Shown one piece after another: positions 20,001-29,183 of a stretch of DNA of 64,000 bases. How positions within the stretch are numbered: position 1 is the stretch's first letter; every line of letters begins with the position of its first letter. The position numbers and the translations under genes were made by a program. This stretch comes from Candidatus Delongbacteria bacterium (lineage in GTDB: Bacteria > CAIWAD01): assembly GCA_963663545.1 (NCBI GenBank), contig OY760505.1, forward strand, positions 1,248,001 through 1,312,000, in the 5' to 3' direction. The notes beneath the pieces are model-generated. The model had not been told where the DNA came from and did no database searches. It was given only the letters and a program-made list of their open reading frames with translations.

Positions 20001-20052
20001 ACAGGCTTCGTGTGCTGCATAGCAGGATGAGGAGCAGGAAGATTGTGCGCAT
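17044..20052 (-). CDS. Large secreted beta-helix-repeat protein with C-terminal sorting (T9SS-type A/FlgD-Ig-like) domain
   Basis: Signal peptide; two SPL.D.GDP...D...DIG motifs; tail PNPFNPNTQI...VYNLLGQ...GVYFL...KKLLLIR. Confidence 0.75.
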   Translation of the reverse strand: MRTIFLLLILLCSTRSLLAEIELSGTLENPHLLSGETYLITDDVTIPAGDSLLVDPGVTILFPAYQDSTMVTFIVRGSLYMLGTEELPIVVRKTEDSTPSMSYPGLFVLESGGRQVIRMRYVQIVGAGNAIYSNLDTPEDDTPVSIIERCLFVDCYTACNLNIGGHHIIQNCVFDEQGQDDILLKHVTANVRNCVFLPGYQTSGELWPYKKGISWMSYDEIPQDSVQYNCFFAGNHGEYTTFIVQTLYEENGQVLVQDTLDLWEPNFSANPRFIEGTYVPDDNSPLIDAGDPSMFDPDGSIADIGVYYAVRNEEPFQFPTDFEEDLWVYGYDYSHQGDFEGFPEPTLSLVDAPEGLVYQAQGATEYTFSWPADQQVIGDYRFKLVGYNSVADVEYADTLTFQLTLQENHTPYLVQFAPCTGDSIDCITADTLSFNDQHPGEDFSFTMSFADEDTEILGGSHLSVQLWRNGELLEQETDDEEGDYSFNAETATLNCSTMLDTTFLSFLVRWSDGVAEAYRRVTTMPRYSVLGGVLDGVLTANNETVYVVAPLEIPAGSVLEVEAGTKILIDERLVEEEWLFNISGELSIVGDAETPVTFSSLLRSPANDDAVSRDLRMNLLRAMPGAVVSRISHVSFSNFNTAIQLEYLEDPVQIDHCAFTGILNSIVALGTQADISFCTFTNPKDRKQLGSSSVCLANTQESAVRNCLFVNPEYAITSIGAAALLANNSFVAAQFVSSGGVSYWPGTYYLGYGRVFSYESVLEVNSNLFHWKTQRAGTTHDLDEVSYLLDTPQCAIWLDEASEVSARYNWYDCLDGVAGDANEFIDVTRFLAINDSSLLAENLSNGNGDADFDADTEFRLFSTSPLVDRGDPETSMRDAFDGTRNDIGCYGGPLVESGGYADEVEPGSIPVVLLPRLMSLGDPWPNPFNPNTQITLHLGRTGHLRLAVYNLLGQQVRVLADEVLEAGDYRFSFDAGNLAGGVYFLSAQAVGVTQTKKLLLIR

Positions 20053-20127
20053 GCTGTCCCTATCTCTTTTTGCCTACACCGCCGAAGGTATCTGCTGTGA
20101 ACGAATGAAGCAAGGATTGCCAGTAAT

Positions 20128-20152
20128 AGAAGAAGGGCCCCCGTAGGGGCCC
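20128..20152 (-). terminator. Probable terminator hairpin after ackA
   Basis: gggcccc-cgta-ggggccc stem, followed on the minus strand by ttcttct. Confidence 0.5.
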
Positions 20153-20159
20153 ACGTGTG

Positions 20160-21353
20160 CTACATCGCGCTGACAATCGCCCTGGTTTCCTGAGCGATGG
20201 CCAGCTCTTCGTTGGTTGGTATCACAACCAATTTGACGGGACCTCTTGCCACCTGGCACACTTTGCCGCGCACCTTGTTGGCTTCGTGATCCAATTCAAC
20301 CCCCAGCCACGAAAGCTGCTCAGCTATGTAACGGCGCACGCGAGGATCGTTCTCGCCAATTCCGCCGGTAAAAACGATGGCATCCGCACCGCCGAGAATG
20401 GTCATATAAGCACCGATGTATTTTGTAACACGGTAGTAGAAGACCTGCAGTGCCAATATTGCGCGCTCATTGCCAGCGTCGGCGGCATCCTCGACCTCGC
20501 GCATATCATTGCTGACACCGGAAAGGCCCAAAACGCCGCTTTTCTTGTTGAGGATAGCGTCCACTTCGCGAATGTCAAGGCTCTCGTTTTGCGCCATGAA
20601 GCCGACGATGGCTGGATCGATGTCGCCGCAACGTGTGCCCATCAATAGGCCTTCCAGCGGAGTAAAGCCCATGCTGGTGTCCACCGAAATGCCATTCTTG
20701 ATGGCGGCAATAGAGCTGCCGTTACCCAGGTGACACGTGATCAGCTTGCACTCTTCAAAAGGCTTGCCCAGGAACTCGGCGGCCTGGCGTCCAACGTATT
20801 TGTGGCTGGTGCCGTGAAAGCCGTATCGACGGATACCATGCTCGCTGTACTGCTCGTAAGGGATGCCGTACATGAAGGCGTGCTGCGGCATCTGGCTATG
20901 GAAGGCCGTATCGAAGACGCCCACATGGGGAACCTTCAGCAGATCCTTGGCTACGCGAATTCCCATGATGTTGGCCGGATTATGCAGCGGTGCAAAAGGC
21001 GTACAGCGTTCCATGGCGGCAATCACCTCGTCGGTAATCAGCGCACTGCCGTTGAACTCCTCACCACCATGCACGGTGCGGTGTCCAACAGCCTGAATCT
21101 CGGACACGTCGCGAATCACACCCACGTCTGGATCCACCAGTGCCGCCATGATTTCGCGCAGACCCTTCTCGTGATCCTTGATCGGCAAGACCCGCTTCAC
21201 TTTGTCTACGCCGCGATCGGAACTGAAAGAAAAGATGGCTTCCTCTGAGCCGATCTTCTCAACCAGGCCCTTCATACGAACCTGCTCCTGCTCCATTGAA
21301 ATGAGCTGGAATTTTATAGACGATGAGCCGCAGTTAACAACCAGAATATTCAT
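20160..21353 (-). CDS. ackA: Acetate kinase
   Basis: NCGSSSIK, GHRTVHGG, APLHNP, RRYGFHGTSH, HLGNGSS, PTNEE. Confidence 0.97.
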   Translation of the reverse strand: MNILVVNCGSSSIKFQLISMEQEQVRMKGLVEKIGSEEAIFSFSSDRGVDKVKRVLPIKDHEKGLREIMAALVDPDVGVIRDVSEIQAVGHRTVHGGEEFNGSALITDEVIAAMERCTPFAPLHNPANIMGIRVAKDLLKVPHVGVFDTAFHSQMPQHAFMYGIPYEQYSEHGIRRYGFHGTSHKYVGRQAAEFLGKPFEECKLITCHLGNGSSIAAIKNGISVDTSMGFTPLEGLLMGTRCGDIDPAIVGFMAQNESLDIREVDAILNKKSGVLGLSGVSNDMREVEDAADAGNERAILALQVFYYRVTKYIGAYMTILGGADAIVFTGGIGENDPRVRRYIAEQLSWLGVELDHEANKVRGKVCQVARGPVKLVVIPTNEELAIAQETRAIVSAM

Positions 21354-21446
21354 CGGGACTCCCGGAAGGTAAATTGGCGGCTTCCCCCACCCAAGGGAAA
21401 GCCACGCACCTTGGTGCGCTATTGAAAAGACGGTCGGGCCGTCGCA

Positions 21447-23003
21447 TTACTCTTTGATCAAACGCGCTTCGCTCAGGCCGCTGAGCTCAGTCATCTCATC
21501 CACAATGCGCGTGATTTCAACCGCCAGCATTGCCTGACGTACAGCGGTTTCCACCGCCTCCGTAAGAAGCTCCGACTCTTCCATCATCGGCAATCGCCGT
21601 TGCACCAAACACCACAGATAGCAATTGCCGGCAGCGTCAACGCTGACTTTGCTCCAGCGCCCCGCATCCAAACCGACAAGGTCGCTATAGACGCTTCCTC
21701 CCATCGCCTGTGCTTCATCGGGCCGCAACTCTGCGGGATGCAAACCGGGCTGCCAGCGTGCGGCAGCGTCCTCAGGGGAAAGGTTGTTGCGCAGGATTTC
21801 GTGGCGCGCCTCCGCCGTCTGCAGGCTGTCGGCAAAGTCAAAGCGCCACACGCCGAAATGACGGAAAGAAGCGAACTCGGCAGGATGAGCATTCTGATAA
21901 TTCCAAAGATCCTGCTCATCGTATTGAACGCGTGGCATCAAATCCTGCGCCACCAGCAACCCGCTCTTCAGCAAGCGTTCGTGAATGTCCACGCGGTCAA
22001 GCACTTCTTCATCTTCGAATATGTGCTGTCGCAAACACTCGCGATGCCAGAGTTGCGAATCGAGCCAGTAGCGCAAATAGTCGAAATAGATTTCGTCGCC
22101 CAGCTCGCGCACTCTCCCGCCAAAGGCGCTTTGCACCGCCTTCTTCAGTTGTCCAACCGTGATACTTGTATCACGCGTGCTTCCCACAACTGCGTTTGGA
22201 TCACGCAAGCCCGAACGCAGAAGCTTCTCGTCGACGAAGACCTCATTCTCTTGCCGCGCCTGGCGCAAAACCTCTTTCTCGGCTTGCTGGCGCGCCTGCA
22301 TTTCAAGATGCTCCTGAAGCGCTTCCAGTTTGTCCTTGGAAGGGAAGTCCTCCACCAACCGCAGACTGTCCAGACGGATCAGATGCCAGCCAAAGGGGCT
22401 CTCCACCGGCGGGGAGATCTCGCCAGGATGCAAGCGCAGCACCGTGTGTTCGAACTCGGCAACGGTTTCGCCAACCCGCACCATGCCCAGGCTGCCTCCC
22501 AGTTCGGCCGATCCAGGATCCTTGCTATGACGGCGTGCAAGCAGCGTGAAATTGGCTCCCTTCTGCAGCTCGCCCGAAAGCTCTTCCGCCTGGCTGTGAT
22601 ACGGTACAAGAATATGACTGACAAAGTACTCGTAGCGACTTAACTCGGCGAGATCCAGCAGATCGTTCTCGCTGACTTCGGGCACTTGCATGCGTCGCCG
22701 CATGAGAACACGCCTGGCAATTTCCTCGTGATCCTGTGCCAGGCGATCCAACGCCACCGAGTCTAGCGGCACACCACGACTCTCGTAAGCCAGGGCCAAT
22801 AGCGTGTGCTCACGAATTTCATCAAGCATGCGCTGTGAAAAGTCGCTGTTATCAACCGCCTGGGGATCGTGCGCCATTGCCTGTGTGTACTCTTCTACCT
22901 GAGCCTTGGTCACCCAAAGAATGTGATCCTGATCAGGTTTGTCGAAGGCGCGTGCTTGTGTGATACAAAGAGTCAGCAGCAGAAGCGTGATACGCAGAGA
23001 CAT
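21447..23003 (-). CDS. Exported parvulin-type peptidyl-prolyl cis-trans isomerase (SurA/PrsA-like)
   Basis: SHILV, F..LARRHSKD, GGSLG, ISPPVESPFGWHLIRL; signal peptide. Confidence 0.82.
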   Translation of the reverse strand: MSLRITLLLLTLCITQARAFDKPDQDHILWVTKAQVEEYTQAMAHDPQAVDNSDFSQRMLDEIREHTLLALAYESRGVPLDSVALDRLAQDHEEIARRVLMRRRMQVPEVSENDLLDLAELSRYEYFVSHILVPYHSQAEELSGELQKGANFTLLARRHSKDPGSAELGGSLGMVRVGETVAEFEHTVLRLHPGEISPPVESPFGWHLIRLDSLRLVEDFPSKDKLEALQEHLEMQARQQAEKEVLRQARQENEVFVDEKLLRSGLRDPNAVVGSTRDTSITVGQLKKAVQSAFGGRVRELGDEIYFDYLRYWLDSQLWHRECLRQHIFEDEEVLDRVDIHERLLKSGLLVAQDLMPRVQYDEQDLWNYQNAHPAEFASFRHFGVWRFDFADSLQTAEARHEILRNNLSPEDAAARWQPGLHPAELRPDEAQAMGGSVYSDLVGLDAGRWSKVSVDAAGNCYLWCLVQRRLPMMEESELLTEAVETAVRQAMLAVEITRIVDEMTELSGLSEARLIKE

Positions 23004-23014
23004 GTTGCAATCCA

Positions 23015-24337
23015 TTAAAGAAGATCGGCGGCCAGTTCCGCCAGGCGACTACGCTCACCCTTGGTGAGGGTGGCATGCGCCGCGATTCGCTGTCCGCGAA
23101 AACGGTCGATGACATAGGCGAGCCCGTTGCTGAGCACGTCCACGTAGGGGTTGTCAATCTGTTCGGGATCTCCGGTGAGCACCACTTTTGTGTTATGGCC
23201 CGCGCGGCTGATAATGGTCTTCACTTCGTGGGGAGTGAGGTTTTGCGCCTCGTCAACAATGAAAAACTGACGCGGCATGCTTCGGCCCCGGATGTAGGAC
23301 AGCGGCTCCACTTCCAGCAGACCGGCCTGTTTGAGTCGCGTCTCGTTCCAGCGTCCCCCTTTGTCCTTGCGGCCGCTGCTTTCCAGAATCTGTTCGAGGT
23401 TGTCGTGAATCGGCGCCATCCAGGGCCCCAGCTTCTCCTCGAGCGAACCGGGTAGATAACCCAACTCCTTGCCCATGGGGAACACGGGACGACTGACCAC
23501 GAGACGTCGATAGACGGGATCATCCTCCAGCACTTGCTTCAGCCCCGCCGCCAGTGCCAGCAGAGTTTTGCCCGTGCCCGCACGCCCGGCCAGGGTCACC
23601 AGCGAAATGCGTTTATCCAGCAGGAAATTCAACGCAAAGCGCTGTCCCAGATTGCGTGGACGCACATTGAGACCCATATCCACTTCGCGAATCAGAATGA
23701 GCTGCCGAGTCGCTTCGTCGTAGTGGCCCAGCGCGGTGCGCTCAGGGTTGGATGTATCACGCAGCACTGCCCCCTCATTGGGATGCAGATCTACGGCGCC
23801 CTCTTCGAGCAGCAGATGTCCCTGGGCGTAGAATTCCTCGATGACGGTCGCTTCCACATCAATGACGTGATAGCCTTGAAAGAGGTCATCGTAACTCACG
23901 CGCCGGTCCTCGTAACCCGTAGCCTCCAGGCCATAGGCGGCGGACTTAATGCGCATGTTTACATCCATGGTGACCATCAGCTTGGGAAAGCCGCGTGTTG
24001 CAGGAAATGCTAGTGCTATGGCCAGAATCCGGTCGTCGGGTACGTTTGGGCTTAATCCATCGGGGAATTCGATGTGTTCGCCCACACCGGCAACCGTCAG
24101 ACGTCCGCCGCTTTCCAACTTGACGCCCTTGGCCAGCGGACCATGGACGCGCAGGTCGTCGATGATGCGGCTCGCCTCACGCGCGTTGCGGCTGACTTCA
24201 CCCACACCCTTCTTGAACTTGTCGATTTCGGCAATGACGGTGATGGGAATCACCACATGCGCTCCCTCGTAACTGAGGATCGATTGAGGGTCGTGGAGGA
24301 GAACATTGGAATCGAGAATGATCGTTCTGCGCATCAT
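23015..24337 (-). CDS. PIN-PhoH protein (PhoH2/YlaK family)
   Basis: N-terminal PIN (ILDSNVLLHDP, DDRIL, D.NMRIK) plus PhoH ATPase (GRAGTGKT, RGRS, DEAQN, GDPEQID). Confidence 0.92.
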   Translation of the reverse strand: MMRRTIILDSNVLLHDPQSILSYEGAHVVIPITVIAEIDKFKKGVGEVSRNAREASRIIDDLRVHGPLAKGVKLESGGRLTVAGVGEHIEFPDGLSPNVPDDRILAIALAFPATRGFPKLMVTMDVNMRIKSAAYGLEATGYEDRRVSYDDLFQGYHVIDVEATVIEEFYAQGHLLLEEGAVDLHPNEGAVLRDTSNPERTALGHYDEATRQLILIREVDMGLNVRPRNLGQRFALNFLLDKRISLVTLAGRAGTGKTLLALAAGLKQVLEDDPVYRRLVVSRPVFPMGKELGYLPGSLEEKLGPWMAPIHDNLEQILESSGRKDKGGRWNETRLKQAGLLEVEPLSYIRGRSMPRQFFIVDEAQNLTPHEVKTIISRAGHNTKVVLTGDPEQIDNPYVDVLSNGLAYVIDRFRGQRIAAHATLTKGERSRLAELAADLL

Positions 24338-24354
24338 CGGCTCCCTTGTCCGGA

Positions 24355-24963
24355 TCAGTATTCGTCCAGGGTCTCGGGGAACTCGCCGCATTCATGATAG
24401 AAGGTGCGGTAGAGTTGCCGGCTCACATTGTGGTAGGTCTCTCGCAGGTCTTTGCTCACCGGCACCTGCAACTGCAGATTGTAGAACTGCTGCAGACGCG
24501 GTGCGCCAATGCTCATGCGCACTTGTGCGCCGGTCATGCCAATGACATAGGCGGCGGACAGATCTTCTTCCAGATTGAGATCCAGCGCCACCGTACACTT
24601 CAGCGCAGCAACGCGATTGAGCAGCTTGTTGCCCGGCAATCGCACCATGTTGAGGTCCTGGTCGCTCCAGGCCATGGCGTAGGGAATCAGCCGGGAATCT
24701 AGCCAGTTCTTGTAGGTTTCGTGCAGAAAGGCGTGCAGTGGAATGCGTGCATTATCGCCGCCGACGAAGTATCGCAGATAGCTGAGCACATGACGCGCAG
24801 CATCGAAAGCGGTGGATTCGCGGGGCAGAATGATCAGCATCGGCCCGGAGAAATGCATCGCCTGGTAGAAGTTGACCGGCGCGACCTCGGCCCCGTAGCG
24901 ATGATGCATACGGGCGTAGGCTTGCGCCAGCTTAGTCCTGATTCCGCTTTCCTGGTGTTTCAC
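24355..24963 (-). CDS. Hypothetical protein (weak resemblance to GT9-type/DUF6913-like domain)
   Basis: Fills the operon gap; ALDLN...GAQVRM pattern. Confidence 0.5.
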   Translation of the reverse strand: MKHQESGIRTKLAQAYARMHHRYGAEVAPVNFYQAMHFSGPMLIILPRESTAFDAARHVLSYLRYFVGGDNARIPLHAFLHETYKNWLDSRLIPYAMAWSDQDLNMVRLPGNKLLNRVAALKCTVALDLNLEEDLSAAYVIGMTGAQVRMSIGAPRLQQFYNLQLQVPVSKDLRETYHNVSRQLYRTFYHECGEFPETLDEY

Positions 24964-26227
24964 CGGTGTCGCCTTGCCGCTTGGCCTTTACCAGTCCGAT
25001 GCGATGACGCTTCATGGTCATCACAGTGAAGCGCCAGCCCAGGTGGTCAAAGCTCATACTGGCCTTGGGCACCTCGCCGGCGAGTTTGTAGATGAATCCG
25101 CCCAGAGTCTCGTAATCCTCTTCGGTGGGCAGAATCTCCTCGCCCAGAAGCTCATTGGCTTCTTCAGGAGAGAGGGAAGAATCAATGATCCAGCTTCCAT
25201 CGGTCGCTTGCCGGTGGAGCGGGGCTTCGGAATCGAACTCGTCCTGAATTTCGCCGACGATCTCCTCGAGGACGTCCTCAAGGGTGACCAGGCCAGCGGT
25301 TCCACCGTACTCATCCACAACGATGGCCATGTGAATGCGTCCCGTCTGGAACTCGTGCAGAAGCTCGTCGATCTTCTTGCCTTCAGGTACAAAATAGGGG
25401 AGCCTGGCAAGCTGGTCAAGCGCATGACTGCGTTGGCTGCCCTGAAGCGCGTGCAAAAGGTCCTTGGCGTAAAGGATGCCAATGACATTGTCGACACGGT
25501 CGCGGTAGATGGGAATGCGCGAATGGCCCTCGCTGCGAATGACCTCGATGGCCTCGTCCACCGAAGCATCGTGCGGCAGACAGGCCATGTCGATGCGCGG
25601 CACCATGACTTCCTTTACCGTGGTCTCGCCGAACTCCATGATCTGGTGGATCATGCGCTTTTCGTCTTCTTCGAGCACGCCCTCGTCCTCACCCACTTCC
25701 ACCAGCGTGCGCAATTCCTCGTGGGAAAGGTGCAGGCTTTCGTGTCCGTGCATGTGGTGTTGAAGCGCGCGCGTCAGCTGCTCGACCGGCCAAACCAGCG
25801 GGAAGAGTAGCCACTGAAAGAACTGCAGCGGCAAGGCGGCCATGCGTGCCCAGGACTCGCCATTGCGAATGGCAAAGACCTTGGGCGTAACCTCGGCAAA
25901 AATCAACAGGATGAGAGTTACCAGCAGCACTTCGATGGCCAGTGCCCAGCGCAGCGGAAGCACTCCACTGCTGCCCAGCTTGTGCGCCAGTAGCGCGGCA
26001 AGCGTGGCTGCTCCCGTATTGACCAGCGTGTTGCCCACCAGCACCGTGATCAGCAGACGCTGGCTTCTATCCATTAGCATGACGATGCGTCGCGCGGAGG
26101 AATGATCCTCTTCTGCAAGCTCTTTCAGCCGCAGACGACTCAGCGAAAAGAAGGCGGTCTCCGACCCGGAGAAAAAGGCGGAGAGCAACAGCAGAAGACT
26201 GAAGCCAAGGACTGAACTCAGCAACAT
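24932..26227 (-). CDS. Hemolysin/CNNM-family protein (DUF21-CBS-CorC; GldE-like)
   Basis: SAFFSGSETA, EVTPK, VMVPR, HSRIP, VVDEYGGTAGLVTLEDVLEEIVGEIQDE. Confidence 0.93.
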   Translation of the reverse strand: MLLSSVLGFSLLLLLSAFFSGSETAFFSLSRLRLKELAEEDHSSARRIVMLMDRSQRLLITVLVGNTLVNTGAATLAALLAHKLGSSGVLPLRWALAIEVLLVTLILLIFAEVTPKVFAIRNGESWARMAALPLQFFQWLLFPLVWPVEQLTRALQHHMHGHESLHLSHEELRTLVEVGEDEGVLEEDEKRMIHQIMEFGETTVKEVMVPRIDMACLPHDASVDEAIEVIRSEGHSRIPIYRDRVDNVIGILYAKDLLHALQGSQRSHALDQLARLPYFVPEGKKIDELLHEFQTGRIHMAIVVDEYGGTAGLVTLEDVLEEIVGEIQDEFDSEAPLHRQATDGSWIIDSSLSPEEANELLGEEILPTEEDYETLGGFIYKLAGEVPKASMSFDHLGWRFTVMTMKRHRIGLVKAKRQGDTGETPGKRNQD

Positions 26228-26766
26228 GGCGCGCTCCCCCGCAAACCGCGCGTCAGCCAATGGGCATAGGCGGGCATGCCGGAGTACTGATCCAGTAGCG
26301 CATCTTCACGCGCAGCCATCTCTTCGCGATTGCGCTTGGTATCGTCGCGCCAGCCGGTCAGGTGAAGCACGCCGTGTATCACAAGGCGCGCCAGCTCTCG
26401 ATTACCGGGTTCGCCCAATTGGGCGGCTTGCTCCGCGCAATCATCGAGGCTGACGAAGATGTCGCCCGAAACGCGTCCCGGACTCGCCTCGTACTGGAAG
26501 CCCAGATGATCGGTAGGAGAATCGTCGCCGGAGTACTCTTTGTGATACTCGCGCATTGTATCACGATCCACCAGAATCAGTGCCACTTCGTGATACATTG
26601 TTCCCTCGCGCTTGAGTGTATTGCGCATGATGCGAGCCAGCAGTCGCTGGTTGACTCGAAGGGAGGGGTGCGTGTTACTGACAGTCAGTGAATGGCTACT
26701 TCGACTGTCGCCGTCCTCGGTTTCCGGAGTAGGGAAACTAGGTGTGTCACATTCCTTGTTGTTCAT
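26218..26766 (-). CDS. ybeY: rRNA maturation endoribonuclease YbeY
   Basis: PTD, GDIFVS, HGVLHLTG; located after phoH. Start uncertain. Confidence 0.8.
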   Translation of the reverse strand: MNNKECDTPSFPTPETEDGDSRSSHSLTVSNTHPSLRVNQRLLARIMRNTLKREGTMYHEVALILVDRDTMREYHKEYSGDDSPTDHLGFQYEASPGRVSGDIFVSLDDCAEQAAQLGEPGNRELARLVIHGVLHLTGWRDDTKRNREEMAAREDALLDQYSGMPAYAHWLTRGLRGSAPCC

Positions 26767-27748
26767 TTCTCTCACGTTGCCTGAGGTCATATCGTTCATA
26801 GGCGTGGATAATATCCTTAACGAGACGGTGCCGTACCACATCTTCCGGCGACATCTCAATCATGCCCACGCCTTTCACTCCACGAAGCACATCGCGAATC
26901 TGCAGCAGACCACTGACCGAAGGATCGGGCAGGTCGATCTGTGTCACATCGCCAGTAACAATGGCACGCGCATTCTGCCCCAGACGAGTCAGGAACATCT
27001 TCATCTGGCCGGGTGTGGTGTTCTGCGCCTCGTCCAGAATGACAAAGGCGTTGTTGAGCGTACGCCCGCGCATGAAAGCCAGTGGTGCCACTTCGACAAT
27101 CTGCTGCTCGATCAGTCGAGTCAGACGATCGCCGTTCATCAAATCAAACAATCCGTCGTAGAGCGGACGAAGGTAGGGATCAACCTTGTCCTTCATATCG
27201 CCGGGAAGAAAGCCCAGGTTTTCGCCGGCCTCCACAGCGGGCCGACAGAGCACGATGCGTGATACACGTCGCTCTTCGAGCGCGGCTACAGCCATTGCAA
27301 CAGCGAGATAGGTCTTGCCCGTGCCCGCCGGTCCAATGGCAAAGGTCACCATGTTCTCGCGGGCGATGCGGTAAAAGAGTTCCTGTCCCGGCGTGCGCGT
27401 GCGGACCGGTCCCTGAGGACCGTGGGCAACAATGGAGTTCTCCTCCGGCAACGCGTGTTCTTCGCTCTCCGCCAGCACAAGGCGCAGCACTAGCTCCACA
27501 TCGTCCATCGAGAGACGACCACGACGCTTGAGCATGTTCATCAACTCACGCAGTGCGCGCAAGACCATTTCGGGCTTGCTACGACTTTCGATAACGCGCA
27601 ACTCGCCGTGGCGCAGAGCGACACGGGCCGAAAATGCAGTCTCGATGCGATGGAGGTAAACATCCCCCGGGCCGAAGAGAAGCTGGGGGTCGACGCTGTC
27701 CACGGATACACCGTGGCTCGATGGCGGAGGCTGGTGTTGCTCGTTCAT
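26747..27748 (-). CDS. phoH: PhoH family protein (YbeZ-like)
   Basis: GPAGTGKTYLA, RPAVEAGE.LGFLPG, RGRTL, DEAQN, DVVRH. Confidence 0.95.
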   Translation of the reverse strand: MNEQHQPPPSSHGVSVDSVDPQLLFGPGDVYLHRIETAFSARVALRHGELRVIESRSKPEMVLRALRELMNMLKRRGRLSMDDVELVLRLVLAESEEHALPEENSIVAHGPQGPVRTRTPGQELFYRIARENMVTFAIGPAGTGKTYLAVAMAVAALEERRVSRIVLCRPAVEAGENLGFLPGDMKDKVDPYLRPLYDGLFDLMNGDRLTRLIEQQIVEVAPLAFMRGRTLNNAFVILDEAQNTTPGQMKMFLTRLGQNARAIVTGDVTQIDLPDPSVSGLLQIRDVLRGVKGVGMIEMSPEDVVRHRLVKDIIHAYERYDLRQRERNEQQGM

Positions 27749-27754
27749 TCACGA

Positions 27755-27786
27755 AAGCGGATCCCGGCGTGAACCAGGATCCGCTT
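27755..27786. terminator. Hairpin between the LysM gene and phoH (terminator-like)
   Basis: aagcggatcc / ggatccgctt 10-bp inverted repeat, 6 nt upstream of the phoH start. Confidence 0.45.
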
Positions 27787-27811
27787 CACATCTTCCTTTC
27801 CGTCGAACGGC

Positions 27812-28639
27812 CTAGGGCAGAGTGAGAATCATGCCCGGATAGAGGCCGCCCATCGTGTCCAGCAAGCTCTGATTGGCTTCCTGGATCTGACGCCAGCGAG
27901 TGCTGTCGCCGTACACGTGCTCAGCGATCTTCACAAAGTTGTCGCCACGCATTACCTCGTACTGGCCACGCTTGACCGCACGGGGAATTGCCAGACGCTG
28001 CTGCGGGAAGATCAGGTCGGGGTCGTTGATCTGATCGGTGTTGGCAGAGTAGATCTTCGTCCACTGGAAGGGATCGTTGTAGATCTGCTGCTTGCCGGAG
28101 ATGCGCCACAGGCAGTCGCCGCGAACCACATCATACCAGCTATTGGAGGCGCGCTCCATGCGGCTGCGAACATTGGCCATGGTGCGGGCCAGCTCATCCA
28201 GATTGCGCTGGTTGGCACTAATCACGCCCAGGTTCTGTCCCTGCAGCTCGGCGATGCGCTGATCCATGGCGTCGAGGCGGCCGGGATTCTCCACAAGCTG
28301 CTCGGCGGTCATGTTGTTCAGCTGGGCCACCTCGGCCTGCAGCTCGCTCACCCGAGCGGTATAGGTGTCGGCCTGGTTGGCATCGGTTCCCAGATGATTG
28401 TAGATCTGGCCCCATGTGCCGTCGATGTCGCCACGAGCCGCTTCGATCTGCCCGCGGATGGCATCCATCTCGCTCTCGACAGCCTGCATGGACTGCTGAG
28501 CGTCATTCTCGCGTCCCTGCCAGGTGCCGAGCTCCTGCAGGTACTGCTCGTAGGTCATCTTGTCGGGATTCGCGGCCTGTACCTGGACACTGCCCAGCAG
28601 CAGGGCGCACAGCGTAAGCAGCAAAGTCATGCGCTTCAT
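27812..28639 (-). CDS. Exported coiled-coil protein with two LysM domains
   Basis: YDVVRGDCLWRIS...W.KIYSAN..QI.DPDLIFP; YEVMRGDNF.KIA. Confidence 0.88.
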   Translation of the reverse strand: MKRMTLLLTLCALLLGSVQVQAANPDKMTYEQYLQELGTWQGRENDAQQSMQAVESEMDAIRGQIEAARGDIDGTWGQIYNHLGTDANQADTYTARVSELQAEVAQLNNMTAEQLVENPGRLDAMDQRIAELQGQNLGVISANQRNLDELARTMANVRSRMERASNSWYDVVRGDCLWRISGKQQIYNDPFQWTKIYSANTDQINDPDLIFPQQRLAIPRAVKRGQYEVMRGDNFVKIAEHVYGDSTRWRQIQEANQSLLDTMGGLYPGMILTLP

Positions 28640-28656
28640 ATCATGCCCTTCCGTGG

Positions 28657-28938
28657 TTAGTTGCCCTGCGGAAGCTGAGCGGCCTGAACGTGCTCCAGCT
28701 CCTGCTGGGCAGCATCAAGCTCTGCCTGGAGCTGTGAAAGCTCCTGGGCCAACTCCGCTTTCTCGTTGTTCTTGGCTCTCAAGGCGTCTTCGGCGGCCAG
28801 GGCAGCTGCCTTGGCTTCGCTCAACTGAGCCTTGTCATCCTCGGACGCGTACTTGGTGCACCCTGTGGTGCTCAGCAGCAGCCCGGCGGCGAAAAGGCTC
28901 AGCAGGCCTAGACGCATTACACGACTTGTGCGCAGCAT
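28657..28938 (-). CDS. Small coiled-coil lipoprotein
   Basis: Lipobox-like TTGC followed by an Ala/Glu-rich helix; upstream of the LysM gene. Confidence 0.7.
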   Translation of the reverse strand: MLRTSRVMRLGLLSLFAAGLLLSTTGCTKYASEDDKAQLSEAKAAALAAEDALRAKNNEKAELAQELSQLQAELDAAQQELEHVQAAQLPQGN

Positions 28939-29183
28939 GTCTCTCCTCCTGCTATTGATCCAAAAAATCGAATTCAATCTACCATAGCCATTCTCTCAAC
29001 GCAAGCGGACCGAAGCCCCTACAATGCATTGAAGCTCGTGTTTTTGAAAGCCTTCCCATGTGAGCCGGATCACTCGTGCGAACACAGGAAAGGGTACGGG
29101 CGACATCATCCATTAACGACAATCCACGCCTCTGAATTGAGCGGGCCTCTAAGCCTCGCAAGAGAATGCAAATGTCGCGCCTG

